Of a stretch of 64,000 bases of DNA, positions 11,601-26,600 are shown in pieces. The stretch is from NCBI GenBank assembly GCA_051294905.1, contig CM119385.1, positions 11,842,001-11,906,000 on the forward strand. Reading direction: 5' to 3'. Positions within the stretch are counted from its first letter, which is position 1. Every line of letters begins with the position of its first letter. Both the position numbers and the translations under genes were made by a program. This DNA comes from Botryllus schlosseri. Its lineage: Eukaryota. The notes beneath the pieces were generated by a model, which did not search any database, was not told where the DNA came from, and saw only the letters and a program-made list of their open reading frames with translations.

Positions 11601-14600
11601 TTTCGGGTACCGGACGTGCTGATCGGACCCGTGTCCCAGCCGGTAATAATCCCCTTTACCCCTGGACACGAAAACATTTATTGGCCTCAGCGCTTCGTCT
11701 ACACTAGTGGTTCCTAAGTGTGTGATTTTGTTGCCCCGGGCTCTGGTCAGTCAATTTTTTTGCGGAGTTGAATTTTTAATTCATATAAATTTGCTTCATG
11801 TCGCATAAAAATGAATGTGTTTATGAATTCTATAAACTTCGTAGCAATGGGGTGTTCAAGTACATATAAACTCTAGTTTCACTCGACAATAAGTATGAAA
11901 ATATCAGTACTTCCGCATTAAAAACTGGTCGAGTAGTAGATAAAACCTAACAAAGTACTACACAAAAGGTAAGAAGGCGACAAAGATATGTTGAGCTTGA
12001 TAAGGGGGCGATGACTCAAATAGGTGTGGGAATCATTGTCTACGCCCCAGGGTCTCGAGCGTACCAGGTGTAGATCTGTCCCGACTTGGAGAGGGCCAGT
12101 GAAAATTGACTGCCGCATTTCACAGTAACGATGTGTTTGTCCCGCAGACTTTCGACTTCCACCGGGACTTTTGACCTGAAACCAAAATTATCATCACATC
12201 ACGGACTGTACTTGAAAATTTGGACTTGCCAAAACTTACATTTCGCTTCCGCCGCGCCCCAATTTTCCATAATCTCCATCGCCCCAGGACCATACCATCG
12301 TGGCGTCGCTTTGAGAGTTTGACTCCCTACGCGGCCTATTTGTGACGCACAGCGTTTGGGAGTCCCCGCTACCGCACGCCACACACCGCACCCGGTAAGG
12401 CGCCAGAAATTCGACCAGCTTCGGTTTCAGCCGGTCCTCGCTGTCACCGTGTCCCAGCCGTCCGTACCGGCCTTTGCCCCACGTGTAGAGGTGGCCGTCT
12501 TTGGATATGGCGGCGCTGTGCGCGCCGCCCGCGCACACGTCGACGATTTCGACGCCGCGGAGTGACTCGATCACGCAAGGACGATCACAGGATCTGCAGA
12601 CGATAGAAATTTAAAATGAAATAAAAATAACCATTCCGACGCAAACGCACGCATAAATTCACTTTCACGCAGCTATAGTAAATTGGGCGTTTGGTTCGGC
12701 TGAATATTTTGAAAAAGTAGATTTTGCCAAACTTTTGCCTAAAAATGCGATCACGCAGGACCGTTCACATGATCTGCATAGGATAGAAATTTAGAGTTAT
12801 TACAAAGCGACATCGAAGGAAACTCGTCCGTTAATTTTAGCAGTGTGTTTTCCCGCAGACTTACTTATTTCTGGCGTTTAAGGAACCAAAACCAAATAGA
12901 GAAAATGCCAAAAATAGGCCTTTATGGAAAAGTCAGGAATTATAAAGAGTGCATTTGAAGCGAAAAAACAAGTGCATAAAGCAGGGGTTCTTCAATTAAA
13001 GGCCTGTTGACTGGCTTTGAGGAGACTACGAAAGGTCAATGAAGATCTTATGGCGGGGGTCAAAATGGCATATATTTAAATTCTGGATTTACGGACAATA
13101 TGTGGAATGATCGCTCGAGCGATTATGGAGTAGACGATTATTGAACAAAAGGTAAAGTTTTCTGTAGTAATTGGCAGATTTCGGAATTCGTGAAGGAGAG
13201 CCATAATCTATGAATTCAGCGGAATGACTAGGCATATTTCTGTTATCACCAACGTGATTCAATCAGATTGCGTCCTTTTCTAACATGCTTCAATTCGGGT
13301 GAATATTTTTTCATAATATTGAAAATTGATGCCACTCGTGTAAAAATGCCAAAAACAAGCTATCTTTGATATGTTTGGAATATGCCCAAAATACCTATGT
13401 GTGTGATTCTTCCTCACCGCCGTTACCCTATACGAAGAAACTAGCTAACGCACAGCATGGCAGAGTATATCCATATTCTCACTTTCTGGTGCCGTGACCC
13501 AGTTTTCCTTCCCCGCCGTCGCCCCAGCTGTAGACCTCACCTTCGAGCGACAAGGCCAAGATGTGTTTCCCGCCAGAATTGACCGAAATCTTAACAAACA
13601 AGCGGATTGCGTGAAAGGCAAAAAAACATCACAGATAAGTTTGTCGTAACAGAGACTTTTAGACATGTCTTGCATATCGGTGCTTCAAGATACTTTGACC
13701 ATCTAATTTTCGAGTAAAAGTACAGCACATTACATCTACTAGCACTGCGACAAGGCGAACATGACTCTTACTTTGGTGATATGCACGTGACGAATAGACT
13801 CCAGCAATGTAGGCAACGCGATTGATTCGCTGCTTCCGATACCCAATCTTCCTGCTGCGCCGTATCCAGTCGCGTAAACCTGTTACAAGAAGCATTTAGG
13901 AATACCGTACTCCAATGATATGGTGACCCATAAATATAACCTTTCCGTCTGTGGTAATGGCGTACAGCGTTTGTTCGCCACCTGTGAGGGTGGCAGGCTG
14001 CAGCGAGACAAGAGTGCTGCACAAAGTCGGGACCTTGATTTTGGCCCCGTCTACACCTCCTAACTGTCCTCGGTGGTTGTGGCCCCAGCCGTAGATCTGC
14101 CCGCTTCCGCCCCAGGTTCGCGTCCAACTGCTGGGCGAGCTAGAATTAAAATCATTGATCGTGATACCTATACCATAGGGTTACATTTGCCAAATTCCGC
14201 TGACACTGCTGTCGTTTCACTCAAAAAGGCGACGATTACATCACCCAACACTACTCTCCACTTTTCAAAATCCCAAGTACGTAAGTAATTCTCCCTCAAT
14301 AATCCGTTAATTACAAGTAGAAGCAGTCTCAAAATGTAAGTACTCGAGCTTACTACTTTCTGCTTTAAAAAACCAAAAGTGTAAATAACAGGTTTACCGA
14401 TAAATTGTTAAATAGAAGTAATCGAAAACATAACCACTTCCATTTTGGTACTTGAGAAAGAGTTGGGATAATTTAATACAGACCACCTCTACTTTTGATT
14501 AAATGTTCAATGACGGAAATTTGTTCACGCTGTAATATAACGTAGGACTTGCAAACACTCTCACCTGTTCATCCAATCGACGAGCTGCTCGTCCATTTCC

Positions 14601-17600
14601 TGTGTGAAAAGTGAGTTGTCCTCGTGCGCGGGATGATACGAACCGGCGTCGTCAGCCGAGTCGCCGAGTAAATCGTCCAGTTTCTGTGACACTCTCTGCA
14701 AAATCACGCGATACAATATTCAAATCAAATCTAACCGATGGCAATTCAATGCCCGCTACGATTTGTAACGAGGCACATTTTATGAGCACTCAAGCTTAGA
14801 CCGCTTGCCCCGGTGTCAGACGAAAATATTTGAGTTCATTCCAATATGAATATAATACTCGATTGTATATTGAAGTTTTGCACCTCCTAGAAGCTCTTGA
14901 AACTACAAACATCTATAGAACGCGATGTGAGAATACATAATAAATGATATCGCAGAGCGCCCCACCTGGAGAAACACGGCAGGCATTGGATTCCTGCTCA
15001 CGAGCGCATCCATCGTTTTTTTTGCAACAAAAAACATCGAAAACGGAGCCAGTTTCAGTCGTTCCTCAACGTTCCGCACGTGATTTTCAATCTCCATATC
15101 ACAAGCAAGCACGAGCAGCTCCTGTAAAAGAAATTAGGGTTTGATGCTGTGACACAGCGATACTGATGAAATAGGCTTACCCGTAAATAGGGAGTGTGCA
15201 TCAATTGTCGACCGGTGCGAGTGTGCGGTTCCTCGTACTTGTACTGGATCGACAGAATGTCCGGCAGCGCTGAAAAAACCCGGGTTTTAGGGTTGCGATC
15301 CAGTATTTGCGAATCTGTTGTTCCACGGGTCACCAATACACAGCAAAAATATATACAATCCAATATTATTTCTTTACAAAACTAACAACATCAATGAAAT
15401 GGATGGGCTCGATTCTAGCAGCACAAGTCAATGGATCTTAAGTGAACTCGTCAGAGACAACTCAAAGACTGGGCTTGTATGTTGTCTTCATGTTGTTAAG
15501 AGAGAGAGAGAGAGATGCTTTCTCCCACATGTATACCGTGGATAATTCAATACATATTTGGTAGCCTTTTACAAAAGTAATCTTGGTTTTAAAAACTATT
15601 GAAAGCCAAGAATATTGAACATGTTGAATCCTTACAGACCTTCGGTTTGCACATTTATGTAAAAATTGTAATGGGGAAAAAAAGTTGAAATACCGTACAG
15701 CAGAGCACAGCGCTTGTAGAATTGATCAGTCATTTTCGTTAAAAAATTACACGCGATTTCAATAGATTCCAAGACCGCACGGTGTTTTACCTGATATCAG
15801 CGGCTTGAAAACAGATATCATGGCCTTGTTCTTCACTGAGAGTCGACTGAACAAATTGCACAGGTTCTGCAGCTGCTGGACAGCCCAGATTTTCACGACA
15901 GGTTCTGTAAAGGGAATGGCGCGCTGAAAACAAATATAACGACCGTACTCTCTCCGCCTGCTTCAACCGATATCCAGAAGTGGCCAATCACGAAGTACTT
16001 ATATGGTAGATTCAAGTAATTTTTGCCTACTAGCACTAATTTTAGACCATTTCTAGTCAACAGATTTTAAGTGAAAAGTACATAATTCTAACACATTTAT
16101 TTTGGTACACATTAAGTAGTTTTGGGGTATGTCTGCGTCCCCTTTACAATTCAAATGGCGATATAAATTGGGGGAAATAGCCCCTGGATCAGGGTAACTG
16201 AATTCACACATTCACGTATTCGTAGCGTCATTAGTGAGGCGATTACTTTTTGACATGTCAAAAATAGTCAAAATTTTGTCAAAATCGTAGTGTTAGGTCG
16301 AAAATTGTCAAAATTGTCTACAAAGTAAAATTATTTTGCCCACAGCAATTGGATGGTGGCCGAAACTATCGTTTGACATTTTACACCTTGTAGCCTACTG
16401 TTGTAGATGGCCTATTGTCTATTGTGAATCGTTACCCATCGAAAGAATCAAATAAATTGACGTGGCGTGATCGTCAACGCGGCTTAAAACGGGTGAAATA
16501 TTTCTATTTCCAATTTTAGCAAATCACATTGAATCAGACTTCCCATCCCAAAACCATATACTGAAACCCAGAGCGTGCAGATTAGCATGCTCAATCGCCC
16601 GATCCACATACCGATCAAGTTGGCGTGGACGCAAGAGGTCAGCACTTTCACGAGTTGATGGAAGACGTCTTTCTTTGTCCTGACCAGCTCTTCGATTGTC
16701 TGCTTCGAAACGTCGGACACCGCGTGATTGAAAACCGTTTCCAGTAGCGTCGCGATGAACGCCGCTATCGGTTTTTCTAACAGTCGACGATCGCTCATCT
16801 CCGTCAGCTGCTGCTTGTCAACGCGGCCGATCGTAGCGACCGGATACGCCGTGAACTTCCAGCCCCATCTAGGAAACAAGATGTACGTCTATAATTTGCT
16901 GTACAGAAGGTCAATTACGAGTTTATCATATGAGATATCAAGAACATATGTTCCAAGACTGTGGAGTCGCAGTTTCATTAACCCTGTGAAAGTGTGCGAC
17001 TAAACGTACTACTCCGGTATACAATCCTGACTGCTGCTTTAGAGGTCTATTAGTGTACAGCAGATCTCTGATGATAATGTTGCGACAAGCACTAAACTTG
17101 ATCTTGAGGCGGTTGTTAACATTGAGTACAAAATTTAGTAATCTTTTCTATAAAGGAATGGAAATATTTTCAATAGAACACCATTACCACCATTGGGAAT
17201 CAAAAAAATAGCATGTTTCAAATTCACTTAGTCATAATTATGACTTCAAAATTTAATATAATCATTCAATTTTCTTAGCAGATTTAAAGGATTGTTGGTG
17301 TCCAAGTTTTACGGAGAAAATATTAGAAATTGGAGCTGGAGTTGATATATCGAAAACACAATTGAATTATACATCCATAATGAAGTGAACCAGAAAATTT
17401 TCAGCTAACACTCGTCAGGGGTAATTGTCGGCAAATAGTAAAGAATTCAAATGAACTTTGTGTATCTACATTCGCGCCAACAAATATAATGTCTCAGGAC
17501 TAACAATACGACTTTTGATATATGAAGATCTTTTGAATTCTCCTGTAATCAGGGTGGTTTCAATATGAGTACACCATGCTATTGGATATTGAAGTTCTGT

Positions 17601-20600
17601 ACCTACAACAAGAGTCTTATTTTTTTAAATGTCTGCAGTCTGAGGTAAAGTGATCCGACCCCACAGCCCCGTGTATGAAAACTTTCAACTCGAAACAAAT
17701 CCACGTTACCCGTTTACAGAAGCGTCGCTTTTGAAGGTCCAGGAAAACTGTTCGCCCTCGACGAAGTAAACGTCCGACCAATTGTGTTGCTCCCTCCCTG
17801 CACAAAGCGCAAGTTGGTCAACTATGATATCTCGAACTGGTGATGTGTTGCAAATCATACTCACCCGATAGCTGGGCGATGACGCTCTTCCTGTCGGCGT
17901 TATACAGCGTCAGCACGTCGTGTTTCGTTTCCGTCGAGCATCTGCCGTCAAACTCAATCCGAATGCTCTCGGCCCCTGAAAGTGCGGCAGGATTTCAGCG
18001 GACTATTTCGGATGTGAATTATACCGGTGAATTCGGCACTTGGATGCCCCAAATCCTCACCCTGACCTCCCGCTATCATAACCTCTAACTTGAAGCAAAA
18101 CCTAACCCGAATATATTAATACATACATACCATGTGCCGAATTCACCACATGCAGTATACCACACACAATTTTATTACATATTCAGTGAAATATTAATTT
18201 CTGAATTCATCAATACAATATTGATGCATCGATTTCATAATAATAACCATAGTGATTACATTTCCAAGGCCGAATTCACTAAGTGCGAGTTCACTGGCAA
18301 CCTTTCGGAGTACCAAAGCAGGTCTTGCCCGTTTGCGTTTTCGGGGCACTCCTACTCATGCTCAATAGTTTTTCAATGAAAATCACTCAGTTTGCACACT
18401 TGGAATTTTGAAAACTAAAAAGTAGTTATCGGATAAGTTTGAATGAATTTTCAGACTGAAATTGTCACACAAGAATGGCGTGAAATAGCTCCCATACCAC
18501 AATAATGCTGAGCGCCAAGCGGGGATAGTCGTGGATACCAGTGTTACTAATCACTAATCATAATCAGGTATTTGGTCTGATCCGGCCGGGGATAATATCA
18601 TCTTGTCGGATGATATTATTAGAGAAAATGACTTGCGTGAAGTTGAGTCACCAAAAAATTGCGACTCGAGTCAACACAACCCTGGAATATACTTACGATT
18701 AAAACAGCATGGCTTTTCAAATCTCTCAATCAACCCATCCTAGTAAAACTCACAAAATCAAAAAGTTACAATAAAAGTACCCACCCGGTATTTTTACAGT
18801 TCCGGAGACCTCGCAATCGTCGTCGTACGGGTGAATGCTCTCCCGACTGACAGGACTCATTTCGAATCCCGCCGATTCCGCGAGATCCGCAATCTTCTCC
18901 AGCTCGACAATCGCGTGGCTCAGTAAAATTCTGATGGCTCGCGGCTGCGACTTCACCATGTGCCGTAAGGCGTGGCACGCAGCCGCGTGACTTTCTAGCG
19001 GCATCCTAGACGCCACGGAATATTTCAAGACACCTGAAAGTAAAACAGTGTACTTTTACAATAACTTTAAACAGATGCTTTCAATGAGAGACCACCGCCA
19101 GTCAACAAGGCGAAAAGACATTTTCGAGGACACGGGTTCTTTTTCCAGGCCGATTTTCAAGCCAGGATTTTGTGTAGATTTCTAGAACTGCTACTATTTT
19201 TAGGATTAGTATCAGTTCAGTATCAGGTTATTAACAATTCCATCATTTCAAAACACTGTAAGACTACGAAACGACTTGAGTCAGAACACCCACCTGGGCC
19301 TAGGCGACGTAAATAAGGGGCATGCACACTGGATGGAAATAAATAAGGGATAACATAACATAAAAGGACTAGCGATGAAAATGAATTTGACGCATGTGTC
19401 GATGGACGAAGTTGATATGTAAGATCGAGGGCCGGTAAGCTTGAGGGCTGACTGGTATTTATTCAGTAGAAATTAGAGCTCCGCTTTGCCTTCATAAATC
19501 ATATTTTTGGCAATTTTCAGACGCGATGAAAGTAGTTATCATTGTTACTCGAGTAGAAGTAGAAGCAACATGGTGCATATCTACTCGAGTGTGAGTAGAA
19601 GCAGAGATTCGCAAGTAAAATAACAAGTATCCTATGTCTGGTTTTACATAAAAATCTGAATAATACTGCTAAACGTGGGCGATATCGTCCCCCTGTGGGC
19701 GATTTTGAGAAACAAGGGGGCGAAAATGTTCGAACGTCTAGTGAGAATATTTAATTAACACGGCCAAAAATGCATGTGAAGACGGCTTACTCTGCATATG
19801 ACGCGAGAGTTGACTGAAAAAATATCAACCCAACGGAAAGTGAAAGCGGAAACTAGTTTTCTGACCACCGTGTCCGAAAAATGACCCCTTTTTGTCAATT
19901 CACCAGCGATAAGAGTTAGGTGAAGAAATTTTGCGTTTATATGTCCTCTTTTACGGATCAGTAAATACGGGGAGGAAAAATTTGTGTCGAGCTTGATAAG
20001 GGGGCAATGAGTCCAAAAATGTTGGGAGCCGCTATTTCGGAGTTCTGTTAGAACAACATCGTTACATCATACAACGCCAAATTGCCTTTAAAAAACGAAG
20101 AGGAATACACTTTAGATTTGTTCACTTACTCGCCAGCGACTTTGCGTCCGGTGGGTTAATCTCAGAGTAAATGGAATTATCCGTGGAAGAAGTAGTGCAG
20201 TCGTCTGCCGGATTATCATCTGTTAGCTTCCTTGGAGTGTCAGACGTGATTTCCTCGGGCGACGTAATCGTATCGGCAATCACCGAGGCTATCGCGTGGT
20301 CGGATATCTTTGCGGCGAAAGCCGTGCTCGTACAAGGGATGTCGTCATCGGAAACAGACGGTAGATCGGGCGATTCGACGGTGCCGACGGCGGCCGGGGC
20401 GTCCCGTTGTGTTTGAGAGATGGGCCGTGATTTTGTCTCATCTGTTTTGTCTCCGTCCGTGTATTTCGAAGGCAGCAGCGTGCGAGACAGCATTTGTCGC
20501 GTGAAGTTGATCTGTAAATGCCGTAAGTGTCAAAGTAACCGCCGTTGGCATTACAGTGGAAGTAATGTCGTGAATTTCTACACTAGTACAAGAACCTTTT

Positions 20601-23600
20601 TGTTGAAAGCCAGGATTTGGTGCAGATTCCTAAAATCGCTACATTTTTCAGGATTAGAACTCAAAATCGTCTTCGCAAATCCTATTTTTGACATATGCTC
20701 ATAGGTGATGAAAGTAGTCATTGTTGGTGCTCAAGTAGAATTAAATTTTTACTAAAGCAAAAGTAGAAGTAGCAATATCAGAGTACGTCGAAAGCAGGTA
20801 TTTCCGACCTAGTTTTGCCTGAAAAACTGTAAAATGCCCAGTACAAGAAGTAATTTGAAAGTTTAACCACTTTACTGGGGAAAAGTTACTTGAATTGAAC
20901 TAAAATATCAACCACTAGCGACTGTCCCACAATAATGTTATGAAGCCTAATCCCAAACTAATAGTACGCTCCAAATGAACATCATTGCCAAGAGGTTGCA
21001 GTGTTATTGCTAACAACAAAACATGGCCTGCAATCCTCAACTCACGAGTCATGACCAGTCAGCAAACCCAAAAGACAATAAAGGACGGCTGGCCAAAAAG
21101 GAAGGGCGGGGCGGAGAAAATCACAAATTAAACTCAAACACTTAAAAATGGGAAGGATTTCCAACTTTCGCTTGAACATCTTTCTAAACATTGTCGACTC
21201 ACTCTTTTCGCTTCCAGCAACGTTTCCAAGGCGCGCTTCTTTTTCTGAATCGACGCCAACGCCAAAACGGCTTTTGCGAGCGTTATTTTCTCGTCCTTCT
21301 TGCCGTCGAGGTAGACGTTATCCTTTGACGTGTCTGCCTTGTTTGCGAACACCGTGCCTGAAACCATAAGAAGAATTTACAGTACAAAGAATGCATTGCT
21401 GATACCGGTTAATGGGTGTTGTGTCTGCCCTGATTTCGTATTGAATAATAACAACGAAAGCAATCTTTTGAATACTCGAATCCGAATGAAGTATTAAAAT
21501 GATTCGGGACGTGTAGTTAGAAACGATTATTTTGTGTACTTTTATATTACGTCCCATTCCACTACGGTTATTCTTCACAAGAATGACAGTTTTGATGCTA
21601 TTTTCCCACCGTGTAAGCCTCGATTAGTGGTATCACAGCATACGAAGATTCGCACGTAAGTGGAAATGACATATCTTTGAAGTCGTAATCAGCTTACGTT
21701 ATTGTCACGAAGTGTATCAAAATATCTTTGGTCCTACAAATACCATTCGAATTCTTATGTGATACAGAACAAGCGAGATTTTCTTTGCGGCCGCTAAAAT
21801 GTACAGATCTGATACTCGAGTCACCGAGCTGGTCGATTTCGTCCAGCCCTGCACATAGGCGATGGCAACCTTGCAAGCAATGCAAGCTACAAGCAAATCC
21901 GTCCGAACGCTAAATACCAGAGAAATGGATCCCGGTTTCTTTTCTCTAAAAGAGCGCTCACCTGCTATGTCCAGCAAGTCACGTTTCGGCAGACTCTGCT
22001 GAAAATCCGACGCGTACACTCCAGAGTACGACATCCCGATGCAGTCCTTGATTTGAGAGAATCTCACCGGCTCGAAGACGCCGCCCTGCGCTTCGTCAAT
22101 GGCAGACCACGCGATGCTAGAAGAAATGGACGTAATACGGTGGTCAAATTAGTTGAAGCTACTCAATCAGTTTCTAATCAATTTCAAATATAAGCGATGA
22201 TTTTCGAGCTATGCAATCGAGTATGCCATTTGAAGAAGTAGATTTCGTCGAGGCGTTGCAGTCTCATGTCTGCCGATCGGCGGCAAAAGCTTTTAGAATC
22301 GCAACATGCATATCATTTTGTCTGACGTGAGATGTTCAATGACGCTACCAAAAGGTGCAATTTCCAGTGTTGTAACCAAGTGACAAGGCTTCCGAGTCAC
22401 AAGTCAATCTCACTTTAATAGTTTTGACGAGTCATTTTCAATTCACCACCGAGTCCAAGTCAGCGAGCAGAGGGCCGAGTCCGAGTCATGGTATTTTGAC
22501 TCGAGTCCGAGTCCAAGTCATTGTGTTGATTGATCAGTTTGCAGTTAAAGTCTTGTTAAACCCACTTTTTAAAAATCTGGTTCACGTTTATAATATACTC
22601 ATTTTCCTCACTTTCAGCAGTTTCTGGTCGCATTTTCAAGTACCAGCACCAATAGACGAAATCCCCAATAGTGTGGTTACTTTCCTATTCATCGAAATTA
22701 CAATGAAATGTCGGTCTCGGCCGTCTGAGTCTAGAGTCAATTGACTTGGTTCGAGTCATGCGCAATGACTCGAGTCCAAGTCGAGTCAATGAACAAATTG
22801 ACTCGAGTCGAGTCATTTTCCTATTATGAGAAAACGACTCGAGTCAAGTCGAGTCATCAGAAAATCGTGACTCAAGTCGGACCCCATTCGAGTCACGACT
22901 CGAGTCATTACAACCCTGGCAATTTCCATAATCACTGTTACCGATCGTGATGCAGGTGCATAATTGCTATTGTTACCATGATTCAAATTCTGTTTGACAA
23001 GAAAACTAGTAGTTTGTATAAAACGACAAACACTTTGAGGACAAAAAGTAGTAGCACATGGTTAAATATCCCTTTTAACGACCAGACATGGCGACTATCA
23101 TCAAAAAGACAGGTGTAACGACACAACGGCTACAAGCCATTATTCTGAGCAACGTCACAAACGGTGTTACCTGTGACTCGATCCACATCCAATACCAGTC
23201 ACTTTCACACCGCCGAGCGCTTCAACCTTTCCTGGTTTGCGGTTCACCGTGGTTGTGCTGTTACCTTGCTGTCCATGGTCGTTATCGCCCCACCCGTACA
23301 CCTTGTAGAGACAACATAACCCGTTTGTACGGTGTTTGAAATATGCGAGTTAAAACCTAAAACCGGCTTTGTTTTGACAAGGAATCCCGCACAGATATCA
23401 ACACAGCGATATACTTTGAAGCTCGCTTATCTGAATGAGATTATTGAAAACTATGTGGGGTACAATTTCATTCAGATTTGTGAAGGATCTTTTGGTGCAG
23501 TTATTTTTCAAGATGCTTACTTTATCATATATAATTCAGCGATACTCATGATTGAATAGTATATTCATATTGAAATGAACCCGAATATTTTCGGCTGACA

Positions 23601-26600
23601 CTCGTCAGGGGTAATCGTCAGCAACTAGTAGAGAATTGGAAAGAACATTGTATATCAACAATCGTATCACAAAATATGACGTCGCCAGCATGAAATTTCG
23701 AATGAGAGAGCGTTCAATGTACTATTTTTAGGTGGTACACAAACTCCTTTCGTTGACAAAGTTTTCGCTGGTGTATTTTGATAAAAGTCGACTCCAAGGC
23801 ACACAAATGGAAGTGTGAACGATGTCGTCTTGATGATTATTCGCTCAACGACAGATATCTGTGACGTGATGATCACAAGACTACCTGTGACTTAAAGATC
23901 CCTTCCTTTCAGGTTGTCATTAATGGAACTATATAACTTACAGATACTCCTACTAAAATTTATTTTATATCACAGTTCTATCATGAATTGCGTTTTGCCT
24001 ACTACATCCAATCAATCTTTTGGTGTGCTATGAACTTTGTATTTCATATTCGAACTGCTTGCAATGACAAATTCTCTCTCTCTGTCACACACACACACAC
24101 ACTATGCTAGCTACCACTCTCTTAACTAAGACAAAGCGCAATACCGATCCATCGGCCGTGATGGCGAGGCAATGCAACGCTCCAACTGCGATTTTGACAA
24201 CTTTTTTGTCTTTCAGCTCTTCAATCACGGTGGGGTGACGCACGTGACCGTCGTGCCCGTGACCCAGGCGGAAGTAGTCGCCTTTTCCCCAAGTCCAAAC
24301 GTGTCCCGACTTGCCGAGGGCTAGCGAAAACTGCGCCCCGCATTCTGCGAAAATCGAGGCGGTACAAATTAAGAGCGTTATCGTTTCGACAGCTCATGAA
24401 TATACAGAGGCTTACCACCTGCGGGATGAAACATAATTTTGGACTCGCGGAAATGATGTATTGTTATGTAACTGTCTATTGTAATAATAATGGACCGGAG
24501 ATAAAATATTATGTGGAAATTGACATCGAATTGGAAATAAATCAAAAAGCGACATGAGAAGCTGACATGAAGATTGTACATTATCATACAAGTATCCACT
24601 GCAAGAATTTCTAGATTAAACTCAAAGACTTTTCGATAGCACTCGATAAGACACATCTGAAAAGTTTTTGAGTTTAAATATATATCCTCTTGTAATGGAT
24701 ATTGTTATGAAAGCTATCATCAAGTCCTATACCACAAACTAGCTACTTTGTACATCATACAAATCCCTGTTTACGGAGACAGGAAATTGAATCTTCCAAG
24801 CAAATGATAACGACCACATAGACACATACCTATCTGAATTATATCTTTCCCGTCGAGTCTATCCACCAGCTGCGGGATGGCGCAGCTGTCGCTACCACCC
24901 CGTCCTAGCTTTCCAAAGTCACCGTCACCCCACGAATACACGCTACCTTTTTTAGACAGGCAGAGCGTCTGCGCATCCCTGCTACCGCAAGCTGCCAGGA
25001 CGACGTGAACCCCGTGAAGCGCCGCAACCTGTAACATTACGAGTTTTATTTATATAAACCTATGTTAAGGTTAGGGCTGATTCAAGTACTTTAATCCGAG
25101 TCGAGTATCAATTGTAATGACTCGAGTCATGACTCAAATCGAGTCACAATTTTCTGATGACTCGACTCGAGTCATTTTCTCATAATACGGAAATGACTCG
25201 ACTCAAGTCAATCTATGTATTGACTCGATTTGGACTCGAGTCATTGCGCACGACTCGAACCAAGTCATATGACTCAGGATTCAGACGGCCAATCCCGACA
25301 TTTCGTTGTAATTTCAAAGAATAATACAGTAACCGCACTATTGGGAATTGGTCTATCGGTAATGGTTCTTGACAATGCGACCAGACACTACTTAATGTGA
25401 TGAAAATTAGTATATTATAAATGCGAACCATTCGATATCATCAGACAGAGTTATAAAAGTGGGTTTAACAAGACTTTAACAGGAAACTGAGCAGCCAACA
25501 CAATGACTCGGACTTGACTCGGTGGTGAATTGAAAATGACTCGACTTGACTCGAGTCAAAACTACCTACAAAAGTGAGATTGACTTGTGATTCGAAGCCT
25601 TGTGACTTGGTTACAACCCTGATTGTAGCCCTCCCATTGGGACTACGAATATCTCTCTTCCCACAATAGCAGTCTTGAAACCTATGTTAGTCGTAAGTCA
25701 GCATCCAAAGCATGTTGCACAAGGCTGCTCGTATTCATGAAAACAACATTTCTGCCGATAATATTTTTTATATCTTTGCATATTTTTTCCGACAAGGAAA
25801 CACGCCTCATGAATCTTACGAGTTTCGGCTTCAAATGTGTCGTGTTATCCCCGTGGCCCAGTCTCCCGTAATTTCCCTGTCCCCAGGTATAGAGCTTCCC
25901 GGTGACGGTGACAGCGGCGCTGTGAGAGCTGCCGCATGCAATGTCGACGATGTGCTGGTCTTTTAACGCCTGGAAACACAATTTCACATCCAACGAACGG
26001 AGTACGCTTAAATACGCGGGAAACAAGAATATCTCACCGTGATCAGACGCGGTTTGTAGCAATCCGTTCTGTTACCGTGACCTAGTTTGCCGTCTTCGCC
26101 ATCGCCCCAAGAGAACACGGCCCCCGTTGACGTCAGCGCCATCGCGTGTCTCCCGCCTTTGATGCAGAGGTAATTACGTAAATTTCGGTGCAATTTTCAC
26201 AGCGCTACAGGGATATTTCCCGTGGTTGCTATCGGGATTTCTCTTATGAAACTGATGCAAATGCATCCGAAAAATGTCACGTATAAGTGGCATTGGTCTA
26301 AAAATAAACACTTGACTACTGCAAGCAGGCAAAACATATTTGAGTGTTCCAACAAAGTAGAGTGCTTCATCACTGACAATCTCTAGATGCTGAAATGAAT
26401 ACATGACAATAACCAGTTACAACAGTTATAAACAAAGTACATAGCATATTCGCTAATTGTCCAATATCACAATTCCATCGCCTTTCAATCAGACGACAAT
26501 CCCAACTTTTTATGAAATCACAAGATATTTTACCGACAAAACTGACATACTACGTCGTGCATACCGCTGTGTATCGCGACTTTCGTGATGTAGTAAGATG

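Noticed and set aside
20130-20511. Ser/Thr/Asp-rich exon as a lineage-specific insertion
   Set aside because: Human HERC2 has a comparably long linker here with a matching motif (ASIIAETMT versus ASVIADTIT), as recalled.
21794-21910. GC-rich segment with AG/GT ends as an extra HERC2 exon
   Set aside because: The phase-1 reading required by the flanking exons hits TAG, and exons 21962-22116 and 21203-21357 join directly.
22365-22918. GACTCGAGTC arrays as a CRISPR array
   Set aside because: The units are short, irregularly spaced and lack unique spacers. They sit inside TIR/TSD-bounded MITEs, and no cas genes are present.
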